Shown here: in pieces, positions 1 to 8,942 of the stretch
Layout of the letters: every line of letters begins with the position of its first letter
Position numbering within the stretch: the first letter of the stretch is position 1
Assembly: GCF_963924895.1 (NCBI RefSeq)
Contig: NZ_CAWURG010000037.1
Coordinates: 35,027-99,026, forward strand
DNA from: an uncultured Sphaerotilus sp.
Lineage (GTDB): Bacteria; Pseudomonadota; Gammaproteobacteria; Burkholderiales; Burkholderiaceae_C
Direction of reading: 5' to 3'
DNA length: 64,000 bases
The notes under the pieces: model-generated
What the model was told of the DNA's origin: nothing
Databases searched by the model: none
What the model saw: the letters and a program-made list of their open reading frames with translations, nothing else
Position numbers and translations under genes: made by a program

Positions 1-779
1 TCGAGCATGACCACCACCAGGGGATGGCCGTAGCGGCGTGCGTCGGCCAGTTGTGCTTCGGCCCGCTCCGTCCAGGCGCGGCGGTTGAGCAGCCGGGTGA
101 GGTCGTCGGTGATGGCCTGGGCCTGCAGTTCGCGCTCGGCTTCTTCGCGGTAGGCCATCAGGATGGCGGCGGTCGTCAGCACCAGCGAGAGGTTGCTGAC
201 CAGCGCCGCGGCCTTGTTGACCGGGTGCGGCGCGGTCAGGAAGGGGTAGGACGCGGTGAAGAAGGCGCCGAGGATGCCGCGCCAGAAGGTCACGGTCGCG
301 GTGGCGCCCATGCACAGCCCGATCAGCGCCCGCCAGCGCCAGCCGGTTTGGCTGTGCCGGCTGACGGCGAGCACGATCGCCAGCATCTGCGTGCCCAGCA
401 CACCATTGGCCAGTCCGACGCGCCAGGGGTAGTTCTCGAAGCCGAACCCGTAGCCGAGGGTCATCAGCACCGTCAGGGTCCACATCGGCCAGGCCTGCTG
501 CGGGCGCCCGGTCCACAGGCCGATCGAGCGCCAGAGCAGTACGAGGCTGGCCGACATCCCTGCCATCGCCAGCACGGAGCAGACCTGGTCTTCCCACTGG
601 TTGCGCCAGAAGGTCGAGAGCACCAGAAAGAACCACCCGCCGGCCTGCAGCACGGTCGACAGCACGGCCTGGCGTGCGGCCGGTCCGACGCGCCAGCCCA
701 TGATGGCGGGCAGGGCCAGTGCCACGGCGAAGACGTTCACCGTGAACACGACCATCAGGGTGCGGACATCCAGCTCCAT
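1..779 (-). CDS. Membrane-anchored diguanylate cyclase (GGDEF), N-terminal part; the 3' end lies beyond the left window edge
   Basis: Not in the ORF track because there is no stop in the window. Manual minus-strand translation from ATG at 779 gives MELDVRTLMVVFTVNVFAVALALPAIMGW..., then several hydrophobic helices, then ITDDLTRLLNRRAWTERAEAQLADARRYGHPLVVVMLD, which is the typical start of a GGDEF domain. The start codon abuts the amn stop (TAAATG). Confidence 0.7.
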   Translation of the reverse strand, partial: MELDVRTLMVVFTVNVFAVALALPAIMGWRVGPAARQAVLSTVLQAGGWFFLVLSTFWRNQWEDQVCSVLAMAGMSASLVLLWRSIGLWTGRPQQAWPMWTLTVLMTLGYGFGFENYPWRVGLANGVLGTQMLAIVLAVSRHSQTGWRWRALIGLCMGATATVTFWRGILGAFFTASYPFLTAPHPVNKAAALVSNLSLVLTTAAILMAYREEAERELQAQAITDDLTRLLNRRAWTERAEAQLADARRYGHPLVVVML

Positions 780-2267
780 TTACTGGAACGCGACTTCGGC
801 GAAGCTGCGCAGCTTGCGGCTGTGCAGGTGGTCCAGGCCCTGGTGGCGCAGGATCTCGATGGCACGGATGCCGATGCGCAGGTGCTGGTCGACCCGCTCG
901 CGGTAGAAATGGTTGGCCATGCCGGGGAGCTTGATTTCGCCGTGGAGCGGTTTGTCGGAAACGCACAGCAGGGTACCGTAAGGAACCCGGAAACGGAATC
1001 CATTGGCCGCGATCGTGGCGCTTTCCATGTCGAGTGCCACGGCACGGCTCTGGCTGAAGCGGCGCTCCGGACCCGGGTGCGGCAGCAGCTCCCAGTTGCG
1101 GTTGTCGGTGGAGGCCACGGTGCCGGTGCGCATGATCTTCTTCAGCTCGTAGCCGGAGAGCTGCGTCACCTCGGCCACGGCCTGCTCCAGGGCGACCTGG
1201 ATCTCCGCCAGCGGCGGGATCGGCACCCACAGCGGCAGCTCCTCGTCGAGCACGTGGTCCTCGCGCACATAGCCGTGGGCGAGCACATAGTCGCCGAGCT
1301 GCTGCGTGTTGCGCAGGCCGGCGCAGTGGCCGAGCATCAGCCAGGCGTGCGGGCGCAGCACGGCGATGTGGTCGGTGATGGTCTTGGCGTTGCTGGGGCC
1401 GACGCCGATGTTGACCATCGTGATGCCGCTGTGGCCGTGGCGCTTGAGGTGGTAGGCCGGCATCTGCGGCAGGCGCGGCGGCGGGGCGCCCAGCTCGTCG
1501 CCGGCTTCGGCGGACAGGCCGGCGCGGCGGGTCAGCACATTGCCCGGCTCGACGAAGGCGGTGTGTTCGCCGTTCTCGTCCGCCATCAGCTCGTGGCCGA
1601 GGCGCACGAACTCGTCGATGTAGAACTGGTAGTTCGTGAAGAGCACGTAGTTCTGGAAGTGCTCGGGCGCGGTGCCGGTGTAGTGGCGCAGGCGGTGCAG
1701 CGAGTAGTCGATGCGCGGCGCGGTGAAGAGCGCGAGCGGGTGGCGGGTGAGGCCGTCGGCGCTGGGGTGGGGTTCGTGGCTGCCGTTGGCGATGCCGTCG
1801 TCCATCGCGGCGAGGTTGGGCAGGTCGAACAGGTCCCGCAGGCGCGAGCGGCGCTCGGGCGGCATGTTGCCTTCGATGTGGTCGTGCTCGGCAAAGCTGA
1901 AGTGCACGGGGATCGGCTGGTTCGACAGGCCGACCTCCAGCGCGACACCGTGGTTCTTCAGCAGCAGCTTGAACTGCTCGCGCAGGTAGTGGCGGAACAG
2001 GTCTGGCCGCGTCAGCGTCGTCTCGTAGACACCCGGGCCGGCCACGAAGCCGTAGGACAGCCGGGAGTCGGCGCGCTCCACGGTGTCGACCCTGACCCGC
2101 ACGAACGGGTAGCAGGCGCGCACATGGGCCATGCCTTCCTGTCCGCCGACAAAGTCCTTCAGCGACTGCCGCAGGTGGGCGATGCCCGAGTCATAGATGG
2201 CCTTGGCGTGCGCGAGCGCGGCGTCGGCGTCGGTGAAGCTTTGGGTGTTGATGACGGTGCGTGGCAT
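780..2267 (-). CDS. amn: AMP nucleosidase
   Basis: 495-aa ORF with full-length AMP nucleosidase architecture: N-terminal regulatory domain plus C-terminal nucleoside-phosphorylase fold (GITMVNIGVGPSNAKTITDHIAVLRPHAWLMLGHCAGL, ALDMESATIAANGFRFRVPYGTLLCVSDKPLHGE). Confidence 0.9.
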   Translation of the reverse strand: MPRTVINTQSFTDADAALAHAKAIYDSGIAHLRQSLKDFVGGQEGMAHVRACYPFVRVRVDTVERADSRLSYGFVAGPGVYETTLTRPDLFRHYLREQFKLLLKNHGVALEVGLSNQPIPVHFSFAEHDHIEGNMPPERRSRLRDLFDLPNLAAMDDGIANGSHEPHPSADGLTRHPLALFTAPRIDYSLHRLRHYTGTAPEHFQNYVLFTNYQFYIDEFVRLGHELMADENGEHTAFVEPGNVLTRRAGLSAEAGDELGAPPPRLPQMPAYHLKRHGHSGITMVNIGVGPSNAKTITDHIAVLRPHAWLMLGHCAGLRNTQQLGDYVLAHGYVREDHVLDEELPLWVPIPPLAEIQVALEQAVAEVTQLSGYELKKIMRTGTVASTDNRNWELLPHPGPERRFSQSRAVALDMESATIAANGFRFRVPYGTLLCVSDKPLHGEIKLPGMANHFYRERVDQHLRIGIRAIEILRHQGLDHLHSRKLRSFAEVAFQ

Positions 2268-2315
2268 GGGTCATTGTCCACGCAGCGGCCGGATTGTTCC
2301 AGTTCCCGCGAGGCG

Positions 2316-3077
2316 TCAGAGCCTGCCGAGCAGTTCCGATTTCTTGGCCGCGAATTCTTCCGCCGTCAGCAGACCCTTGGACTGCAGATCGCCCAGGCGC
2401 TCGATGGCGGCGAAGATCGCCGTGGCGTCTCCAGCCGGGGGCGCCGTGGCCTGGGAGGACGGCGCGTTGAACGCCGGTGCACCGTGGGCGGGGGCCGGTG
2501 CGGGCGCGGCGATGGGCGCGGCCTGCACCTCCTGCCCGTTGCGCAGCACCACCGGCAGGCTGCCGAGGTTCACCGTGCCGTACTGGCTGGAGAAGGTCAT
2601 GCCACCGCCCGAGCCCTGCTGCTGCGAGAAGCCGCCGATCTGGTGGTCGAGCGTGTCGTAGACCCAGACGTCGCCGCCCGTGTCCACCGCCAGCCGGCGG
2701 CTGTTGGCGAAGTAGGCGTAGCGGGTGTTGTTCTGCGCGCCGGTGGCATTGGGGCTGCCCAGCCAGGCGGGCCACCACGTCACCGCCGCCGGTGCGGGCG
2801 GGACCAAGTCGCTGCGGCTGGCCAGCAACTGGCTCAGCTCGCTGCACAGGCTGTCGACGCGGCCCTTCAGCTGGTTGTTGAACATGTCGCCCAGCATGGT
2901 CATGCCGCCGCGCATCCACTGGCCGGAGCCACCGAACTCCCAGTGGCTGAACTGCGCCATGCTGCCGTTGCCGTTCCAGACGGCCCACAGCATGTGCGTG
3001 ACGGCCTCGGGGCTGAAGCCGTGGCGGGCGGCGATCTGCTGGACGGCTTGCTGGCCGGCGTCGGTGAGTGACTGCAT
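2316..3077 (-). CDS. Conserved hypothetical protein with a C-terminal SHOCT domain
   Basis: Start taken at MQSLTDAG (ATG 3077), because the longer 366-aa ORF would overlap the upstream MBL gene. The C-terminus IERLGDLQSKGLLTAEEFAAKKSELLGRL is a typical SHOCT (short C-terminal) motif. A Pro/Ala-rich linker precedes it. The N-terminal roughly 170 aa belong to no family I recognise. Confidence 0.6.
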   Translation of the reverse strand: MQSLTDAGQQAVQQIAARHGFSPEAVTHMLWAVWNGNGSMAQFSHWEFGGSGQWMRGGMTMLGDMFNNQLKGRVDSLCSELSQLLASRSDLVPPAPAAVTWWPAWLGSPNATGAQNNTRYAYFANSRRLAVDTGGDVWVYDTLDHQIGGFSQQQGSGGGMTFSSQYGTVNLGSLPVVLRNGQEVQAAPIAAPAPAPAHGAPAFNAPSSQATAPPAGDATAIFAAIERLGDLQSKGLLTAEEFAAKKSELLGRL

Positions 3078-3160
3078 GGTGGTTCTCTGGCTGGAAGGTG
3101 GTCTGGTCCGCAGACTAGCAGACGCCATGCCAGATTCCGTGACAGCCTCCGCAGCAGGGC

Positions 3161-4060
3161 TCAGAGCGCGTTCAGCGGGATCTTCAGGTAGGAAATGCCG
3201 TTGTCCTCGGGCGGCGGCAGGTGGCCGGCGCGCATGTTGACCTGCACCGAGGGCAGGATCAGCACGGGCATGTCCAGCGTCGCGTCCCGCGCCTGGCGCA
3301 TCGCGACGAAGTCCGCTTCGGCGATGCCGTCGTGCACGTGCACATTGGCGGTGCGCTGCTCGGCGACGGTGCTCACGTGCGCCAGCGGGCGACCGCCGGG
3401 GCGGTAGTCGTGGCACATGTAGAGCTTCGTGTCGCCGGGCAGGGCCAGCACGCGGCGGATCGAGCGGAACAGCGTGGCTGCATCACCGCCGGGGAAGTCG
3501 CAGCGCGCGGTGCCGTAGTCGGGCATGAACAGCGTGTCGCCGACGAAGGCCGCGTGGGCATCGCCGTCTTCCACGAGGTAGGTCATGCACGCCGGCGTGT
3601 GGCCGGGCGTGTGCATCGCCGTGGCGCGCAGACCGCCGATGGCGAAGGTGTCACCATCCCGGAACAGGTGGTCGAACTGGCTGCCGTCGCGGCAGAAACC
3701 GGGCTCGGCGTTGAACAGGGTGCCGAAGGTCTTCTGTACCGTGGTGATCTGCGCGCCGATGGCGATCTGGCCGCCGAGCTGCGCCTGCAGCCACGGGGCT
3801 GCCGAGAGGTGGTCGGCGTGGACATGGGTTTCGAGCAGCCACTGCACCTGCGCGCCGAGTTCCCGTACGCGGGCCACCAGCCGCGCGGCGCCGGCCGTGC
3901 GGGTGCGGCCGGACTTGGGGTCGTAGTCGAGCACGCTGTCGACCAGCGCGCACTGGCCGGTGGCCCGGTCGAGCACCAGGTGGCTGAAGGTGGACGAGGC
4001 GTCATCGAAGAAGGACTCGACCTGCAGGCGGGAGGGGGTGGCGGTGGCGGCGGTGTTCAT
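3161..4060 (-). CDS. MBL-fold metallo-hydrolase, probably a type II persulfide dioxygenase-like enzyme
   Basis: 299 aa. Metal motif THVHADHLSA, later HTPGHTPAC and FVGDTLFMPDYGTARCDFPGG. Length and motifs fit the glyoxalase II / ETHE1-like branch. The exact activity is inferred. Confidence 0.75.
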   Translation of the reverse strand: MNTAATATPSRLQVESFFDDASSTFSHLVLDRATGQCALVDSVLDYDPKSGRTRTAGAARLVARVRELGAQVQWLLETHVHADHLSAAPWLQAQLGGQIAIGAQITTVQKTFGTLFNAEPGFCRDGSQFDHLFRDGDTFAIGGLRATAMHTPGHTPACMTYLVEDGDAHAAFVGDTLFMPDYGTARCDFPGGDAATLFRSIRRVLALPGDTKLYMCHDYRPGGRPLAHVSTVAEQRTANVHVHDGIAEADFVAMRQARDATLDMPVLILPSVQVNMRAGHLPPPEDNGISYLKIPLNAL

Positions 4061-4080
4061 ACCGCCATTCTATATACCTG

Positions 4081-5574
4081 TCAGGGTATGTCGCGGTGCT
4101 TGGCCGCACGCGGGGACAGGGCATTGGGGAAATACAGCGCGGTCAGGCTCTTGCTGTGCACCGGCGAGTAGCCGCGGCCCTCGCTGCCCTGGGCAGTTTC
4201 GGTGTAGCGGCGCCAGTCGCGCACCCAGTGCAGGTGGTCGCAGACGTCGAGCAGCCCCATCGTCTCGCGGTCGCCGACCAGCACGCCCTGCACCCGGAGC
4301 CCGAAGCGCGCGCGGGCGTCATCCAGCCGCGCCAGCGTCGCCGGCATGCAGCCGAACTCGCCGTCGCTGACGATGAGCAGATCGGCCTGCTGCCAGCGCG
4401 CCTGGTGGACGCGTTCGATGGCGTGCTCGATCGGCGTCTGCACATCGGTGCCGCCGTCGAAGCTCTGGCCCATCAGGTCCATCAGCGCCTGCAGGCCGGC
4501 GGGACTGAGGTCCAGATCGCGCTCGATCACCTCGTCCGGCCCGCCGAAGGCGATCAGCACGCAGCCGCGCCGCTCGGCGTGCGCGGCGCGCAGTGCGGCG
4601 ATGACGACGGCCTTGGCGATGGTTTCCGGGGCGCCGCGCATCGAGCCGGAGGTGTCCAGGCAGAGGATGAACGGCCCGCGGGCGCGTGGCTCGGGCTGCG
4701 GCGGCGTGGCGCTGGTGCGGGGTGGGGCGGCGGGGTCGTGGCGCCAGTCGGTCAGCACGGCCTGCGACTCCCAGCTCAGCAGCCGCGACTCGGCATGGCG
4801 CGCCTGCCACAGCCGCTTGAGCACCGGGTGGCGCAGCATCACCGCCTCGCTGGCCAGCATCCGCTCGATCCGGCCCGAGAGGTGGATGCCGGTCAGCTCG
4901 CCCGGCATGTTCGGCAGCCGCGTCTCGACCGCGCGCAGGCCGTGCACCGGGCGGCGGTCGGGTTCGGGCGCGATGGCGGGTGCGGGCAGGCTGGCGTCGT
5001 GGCGTTCGCTGCGGCCGAGCTGGCGGATCAGCTCGGCGAGCTGCGGCAGCTTCTCCAGCCACGCGGCGGCGCGGCGGGCTTCGGCCCAAGGGCGCGAATG
5101 CAGGTGGCCACGCAGGTCGTCCCAGCGCAGCGCGCTCAGGTCGCCCAGGCCCTGCAGCAGCACGAAGTGTTCCTCCCAGCCCTGCGTCTCGATCTGCCAG
5201 GCGCCGCGGAAATCGTCCACCACCTGCGCGATGGCGGCGGCGCGGTCGAGGCGGGGCTGGTGGTCGGCGATGCGGTCGAGGTGCCACAGCAGCGTGCGCA
5301 AGACCTGCTCCGCCAGCGCCGGCGCACTGCGGCTCAAGCCCGGCAGGCCCAGTTCCCCGACCGCCGCCCGCAGCGGCTCGGCCGCCTGCGCATCGCCAAA
5401 ATCGGCGTCGGCGGGCGGCAGGTCGCCCGCCAGCAGCGCCTGTTCCCAGCGGCGCGTGTCGAGCAGCCGGGCCTCCGCAGAGCCGACGCTGGCGATCAGC
5501 GCCGGCAGCCAGAGCGTGCGGGGCAGCGGGGCGAGGTGGTGGAACGGCGGGTCCGCCGATGGCAGCGGCGTCAC
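4081..5574 (-). CDS. viaA: VWA-domain protein, ViaA-like partner of the RavA ATPase
   Basis: C-terminal von Willebrand A domain with MIDAS motif (GPFILCLDTSGSMRG ... FDGGTDV ... LLIVSDGEF). It is collinear with E. coli ViaA by eye. I place the start at GTG 5574 (VTPLPS...), 1 nt after the ravA stop. The track's start at 5841 would overlap ravA by 266 nt. Confidence 0.75.
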   Translation of the reverse strand: MTPLPSADPPFHHLAPLPRTLWLPALIASVGSAEARLLDTRRWEQALLAGDLPPADADFGDAQAAEPLRAAVGELGLPGLSRSAPALAEQVLRTLLWHLDRIADHQPRLDRAAAIAQVVDDFRGAWQIETQGWEEHFVLLQGLGDLSALRWDDLRGHLHSRPWAEARRAAAWLEKLPQLAELIRQLGRSERHDASLPAPAIAPEPDRRPVHGLRAVETRLPNMPGELTGIHLSGRIERMLASEAVMLRHPVLKRLWQARHAESRLLSWESQAVLTDWRHDPAAPPRTSATPPQPEPRARGPFILCLDTSGSMRGAPETIAKAVVIAALRAAHAERRGCVLIAFGGPDEVIERDLDLSPAGLQALMDLMGQSFDGGTDVQTPIEHAIERVHQARWQQADLLIVSDGEFGCMPATLARLDDARARFGLRVQGVLVGDRETMGLLDVCDHLHWVRDWRRYTETAQGSEGRGYSPVHSKSLTALYFPNALSPRAAKHRDIP

Positions 5575-5575
5575 G

Positions 5576-7042
5576 CTAGAGCGCCACGGGTTCCGGTGCC
5601 GGCGCGGGGGTTGCGTCGGTCGCGGGGGTTTCGACCGGCAGCGCAGCGAAGCCGGCGCGGGTGGCCTCCAGCCGGGCCAGCAGACCGTCGAGCGTGGCCA
5701 GCGTGTGGGTGTGGGCGCCGAGCAGGCGCTCCAGCACCGGGGCCGGCACCCACACGCGGTCGCGCAGCCGGTCGGCCAGCGCTGTCGCGGCCTGGTGCAC
5801 GGTGTCCCAGTGCCGCGCGGCGGGCTGGGTGATCTCGTCAAGCTGCGCCAGCCGGGCGGCGATGTGGACCGGGCTGTAGCGGCGGCGCGTGTGCGCTTCG
5901 AGCGACTCGGTCATCAGCCGGGCCATGCCGCCGTCGTCCTGGCTGCCGCTGATGGCGCGGGCCAGCGCCAGCTTGCCGGCGGTGCCGTCGTCTTGTTCGG
6001 CCTCGGCGCTGCGTTCGAGTTCCCACTGGTGTTCGAAGGCCTCGACGGCGCGGGTCAGCCACGGCGCGTCCTGCGGCACGGCACCGGCGATCTCGGTGTC
6101 GAACCACTGCGTCAGCTTCGGCACCAGCTCCGGCGTCGGGCTGGCCACGAACGGCGCCAGCCACAGGTCGAGCGCGTCGACCTGCGCCCGGCCCTCGGTG
6201 GCGGCGGCCGTGCGCATCAGGCCGACCCACAGCCGCCAGCGGCGGTCCGACAGCGTGATCTGCTGGTCACCGAGCCAGCGGCGCAGCGCCCGCAGCGCCT
6301 CGACCGCCTCGACGCTCAGCCGCACCTGGGCGCTGGCGCGGGTGATGTCGGCCCGTTCGGCGGCGGTCAGCGCCTCGGTGGGCGTGGTGTCGTCGTCGGT
6401 GGTGGTGAGCCGCAGCAGGGCCTCGAAGCTGGCGTCGCTGACGGGCGCGATCGGCAGGCGCACCAGAAAGCGGTCGTGGAAGGCCTGCAGCGCCTCGTCC
6501 GCGGGCACCTCGTTGCTGGCGGCGATCACGCTGATGAGCGGCGTGCGGGTGCGGCCGACGCCGTTGTCGAACTCGCGCTCGTTGAGCAGCGTCAGCAGCG
6601 CGTTCAGGATGGCGGAGTTCGCCTTGAAGACTTCGTCGAGGAAGGCGATGCCGGCGGTGGGCAGGAAACCGGCGGTCAGGCGCTCGTAGCGGTCGTCCTC
6701 CAGCGCCTTGAGCGAGAGCGGGCCGAACAGCTCCTCGGGCGTGGAAAAGCGGGTCAGCAGGCGCTCGAAGTAGGGGGCGCCCTCGAAGACGCGGTGCAGG
6801 CGCCGCGCCAGTTCGCTCTTGGCGGTGCCGGGCGGGCCGATCAGCAGGATGTGCTCGCCGGCCAGCGCGCCCAGCAAGGCCAGACGGACCTCGGTGGCGC
6901 GTTCCAGCAGACCGGATTCCAGGGTGGCGAGCAGCCCGCGCAGGCGGTCCGGTGAGGGCAGATGGTCGGGGGCAGGGGCGTCGTCGGCACGGGTCATCCG
7001 GGGATTGTCGGCGCCTGCTGTTGCGGCCGCAATCCGGATCAT
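5576..7042 (-). CDS. ravA: AAA+ ATPase, RavA/MoxR family
   Basis: 488 aa. Walker A LLIGPPGTAKSELARRL, Walker B AFLDEVFKANSAILNALLTLLNEREF, and TRFSTPEELFGPLS, matching RavA nearly motif for motif. GGGAG-like RBS before ATG 7042. Confidence 0.85.
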   Translation of the reverse strand: MIRIAAATAGADNPRMTRADDAPAPDHLPSPDRLRGLLATLESGLLERATEVRLALLGALAGEHILLIGPPGTAKSELARRLHRVFEGAPYFERLLTRFSTPEELFGPLSLKALEDDRYERLTAGFLPTAGIAFLDEVFKANSAILNALLTLLNEREFDNGVGRTRTPLISVIAASNEVPADEALQAFHDRFLVRLPIAPVSDASFEALLRLTTTDDDTTPTEALTAAERADITRASAQVRLSVEAVEALRALRRWLGDQQITLSDRRWRLWVGLMRTAAATEGRAQVDALDLWLAPFVASPTPELVPKLTQWFDTEIAGAVPQDAPWLTRAVEAFEHQWELERSAEAEQDDGTAGKLALARAISGSQDDGGMARLMTESLEAHTRRRYSPVHIAARLAQLDEITQPAARHWDTVHQAATALADRLRDRVWVPAPVLERLLGAHTHTLATLDGLLARLEATRAGFAALPVETPATDATPAPAPEPVAL

Positions 7043-7068
7043 GGCGGACGCTCCCCGGGGTCAGGCGG

Positions 7069-7929
7069 TCACCAGGTCGTGTCCACGAACCGGTGCGGAT
7101 CCAGGATCGCCACATGCGAGCCCGCCAGATCCAGCGCCCGCGGCAGCAGTTCGATCTGCACGCGCCGGCTGTCGGCCAGCACTTCGCCATCGACGCGCAG
7201 CGACATCGGCTGCTCGCTCTCGACCCGGAGCAGGCGGCCCTGCCGGTGCGGCACCGGCGCGGCGGCCGAGGGCAGGCCGAGCGGGCGCAGGGGCCGCAGC
7301 CAGCGCATCCAGCGGCCTGCGCCACCGACGACCACGGCGTCGAAGCGTCCGTCGTTGAGCTGGACCGGGAGGCCCTCGGGCGTGCTCCACTGCGGCAGCG
7401 TGTTGCAGAGCAGGACCCGCCGCGCCGTGCCCGTGGGCAGGCGCTGCCCGTCCACCCACACCGACCACCCGGCGGCGCCGTAGCGCCCCAGCCCGCCAGC
7501 ACGGTCAACCCGCACCTGCGAGATGAAGTGGGTGACCGTCTCGCCGGTGTCCAGCAGCCCGACATCCACCGGCCCGGTCGCCGAGCGCAGCGCGAACACC
7601 AGCGCCTGCGTCCAGCTCAGTTCGTCCAGGCCCAGCGTGCGCGCCAGCAGGTTGTGCCGGCCGGCCGGCACGAGGCCGACCTTCAGCCCCCCCTTGAGCA
7701 GCGCCGGCAGCAGGGCATTGACCGTTCCGTCACCACCGATCAGCACCACCCGGGTGCGCGGCGCGAGGATGGTCAGCAGCGCCCGGGCTTCGTGGATGCT
7801 GTCGGGCATCAGCAGCGACACCCCCGGCGCGTGGCGCATCAGCCAGGCCGCGATGGGGCGGCGCAGTTCCGCCGCGCGGCCCGCACCGGCCCCCGGATTG
7901 AGCAAGGCGACGGCGGTGGACGGCGTCAC
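7069..7929 (-). CDS. Diacylglycerol/lipid kinase family protein (YegS/DAGK catalytic domain)
   Basis: 286 aa. N-terminal LLNPGAGAG, signature VVLIGGDGTVNALLPAL and GLVPAGRHNLLARTLG. GTG start 9 nt after the hbd stop, with no RBS, which suggests translational coupling. Confidence 0.75.
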   Translation of the reverse strand: MTPSTAVALLNPGAGAGRAAELRRPIAAWLMRHAPGVSLLMPDSIHEARALLTILAPRTRVVLIGGDGTVNALLPALLKGGLKVGLVPAGRHNLLARTLGLDELSWTQALVFALRSATGPVDVGLLDTGETVTHFISQVRVDRAGGLGRYGAAGWSVWVDGQRLPTGTARRVLLCNTLPQWSTPEGLPVQLNDGRFDAVVVGGAGRWMRWLRPLRPLGLPSAAAPVPHRQGRLLRVESEQPMSLRVDGEVLADSRRVQIELLPRALDLAGSHVAILDPHRFVDTTW

Positions 7930-7938
7930 CGGGTCCGA

Positions 7939-8796
7939 TCAGTAGGTGTAGACACCGCGTCCGCTCTTGCGGCCGAGATAACCGGCAGCGACGTACTCCT
8001 TCAGCAACGGGCAGGGCCGGTACTTCGAGTCGCCGAACTGCGCCAGGTAGACCTCCATCACCGCCAGGCACACGTCCAGGCCCACCATGTCCGCCAGCGC
8101 GAGCGGACCGATGGGCTGGTTGCAGCCGAGCTTCATGCCGGCGTCGATGTCCTCGGCCGTGGCCAGACCTTCCGACAGGACGAAGAACGCCTCGTTGATC
8201 ATCGGCACCAGGATGCGGTTGACGACGAAGCCGGGCGCGTTCTTGACCGTGATCGGCGACTTGCCCAGGCGCACGGACAGGTCCTTGACGGCGGCGTGCG
8301 TCGCGTCCGAGGTCTGCAGGCCGCGGATGATCTCGACCAGCGCCATCATCGGCACCGGGTTGAAGAAGTGCATGCCGATGAAGCGGTCGGCGCGTTTCGT
8401 GGTCGCGGCGAGCTGGGTGATCGAGATCGAGCTGGTGTTGGTGGCGACGATCACTTCCGGGGCCAGCAGCGCGTCGAGCTGGCCGAGGATGCGGATCTTC
8501 AGCGCCTCGTTCTCGGTGGCGGCCTCGATGACGAACTGGGCGGCGTTCAGTGCGGCGTAGTCGGTCGAGGTGGTGATGCGGGCGAGCGCGGTGGCCTTCT
8601 GCTCGGCGGTGAGCTTGTCCTTCTTGATCAGGCGATCAAAGCTGCCGGCGATGGCGGCCAGGCCCTTGCTGACCGCCGCGTCGCTGATGTCCACCATCAC
8701 GACATCGATGCCGGACTGTGCGCAGACCTGCGCGATGCCATTGCCCATGGTGCCGGCGCCGATGATGCCGACGGTCTGGATGGTCTGGGTGGTCAT
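7939..8796 (-). CDS. hbd: 3-hydroxybutyryl-CoA / 3-hydroxyacyl-CoA dehydrogenase
   Basis: Rossmann motif VGIIGAGTMGNGIAQV, then NTSSISIT and HFFNPVPMMALVEIIRG. Start moved to MTTQTIQ (ATG 8796), which has an AAGGAA RBS; the track's 8856 start adds 20 non-homologous residues. Confidence 0.9.
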   Translation of the reverse strand: MTTQTIQTVGIIGAGTMGNGIAQVCAQSGIDVVMVDISDAAVSKGLAAIAGSFDRLIKKDKLTAEQKATALARITTSTDYAALNAAQFVIEAATENEALKIRILGQLDALLAPEVIVATNTSSISITQLAATTKRADRFIGMHFFNPVPMMALVEIIRGLQTSDATHAAVKDLSVRLGKSPITVKNAPGFVVNRILVPMINEAFFVLSEGLATAEDIDAGMKLGCNQPIGPLALADMVGLDVCLAVMEVYLAQFGDSKYRPCPLLKEYVAAGYLGRKSGRGVYTY

Positions 8797-8942
8797 GGAG
8801 TGTTCCTTTTCGGGGTGGTCGATCGGCCAGTGGCTGGCGCGTCGAGGATTGTTCATTCAGAGGCCGCCCGGATTTTGCATCGGGCCGGCGCAGCCACAGT
8901 TCATAGAATGACGCCCTTGTCCGCGAGACCACCACAACAGCC

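Noticed and set aside
24-3071. 1015-aa plus-strand ORF spanning the left 3 kb
   Set aside because: It is antisense to three well-supported minus-strand genes (GGDEF, amn, SHOCT). The translation is low-complexity Ala/Gly/Arg/Val/Gln-rich with no recognisable motif, which is the typical high-GC shadow ORF.
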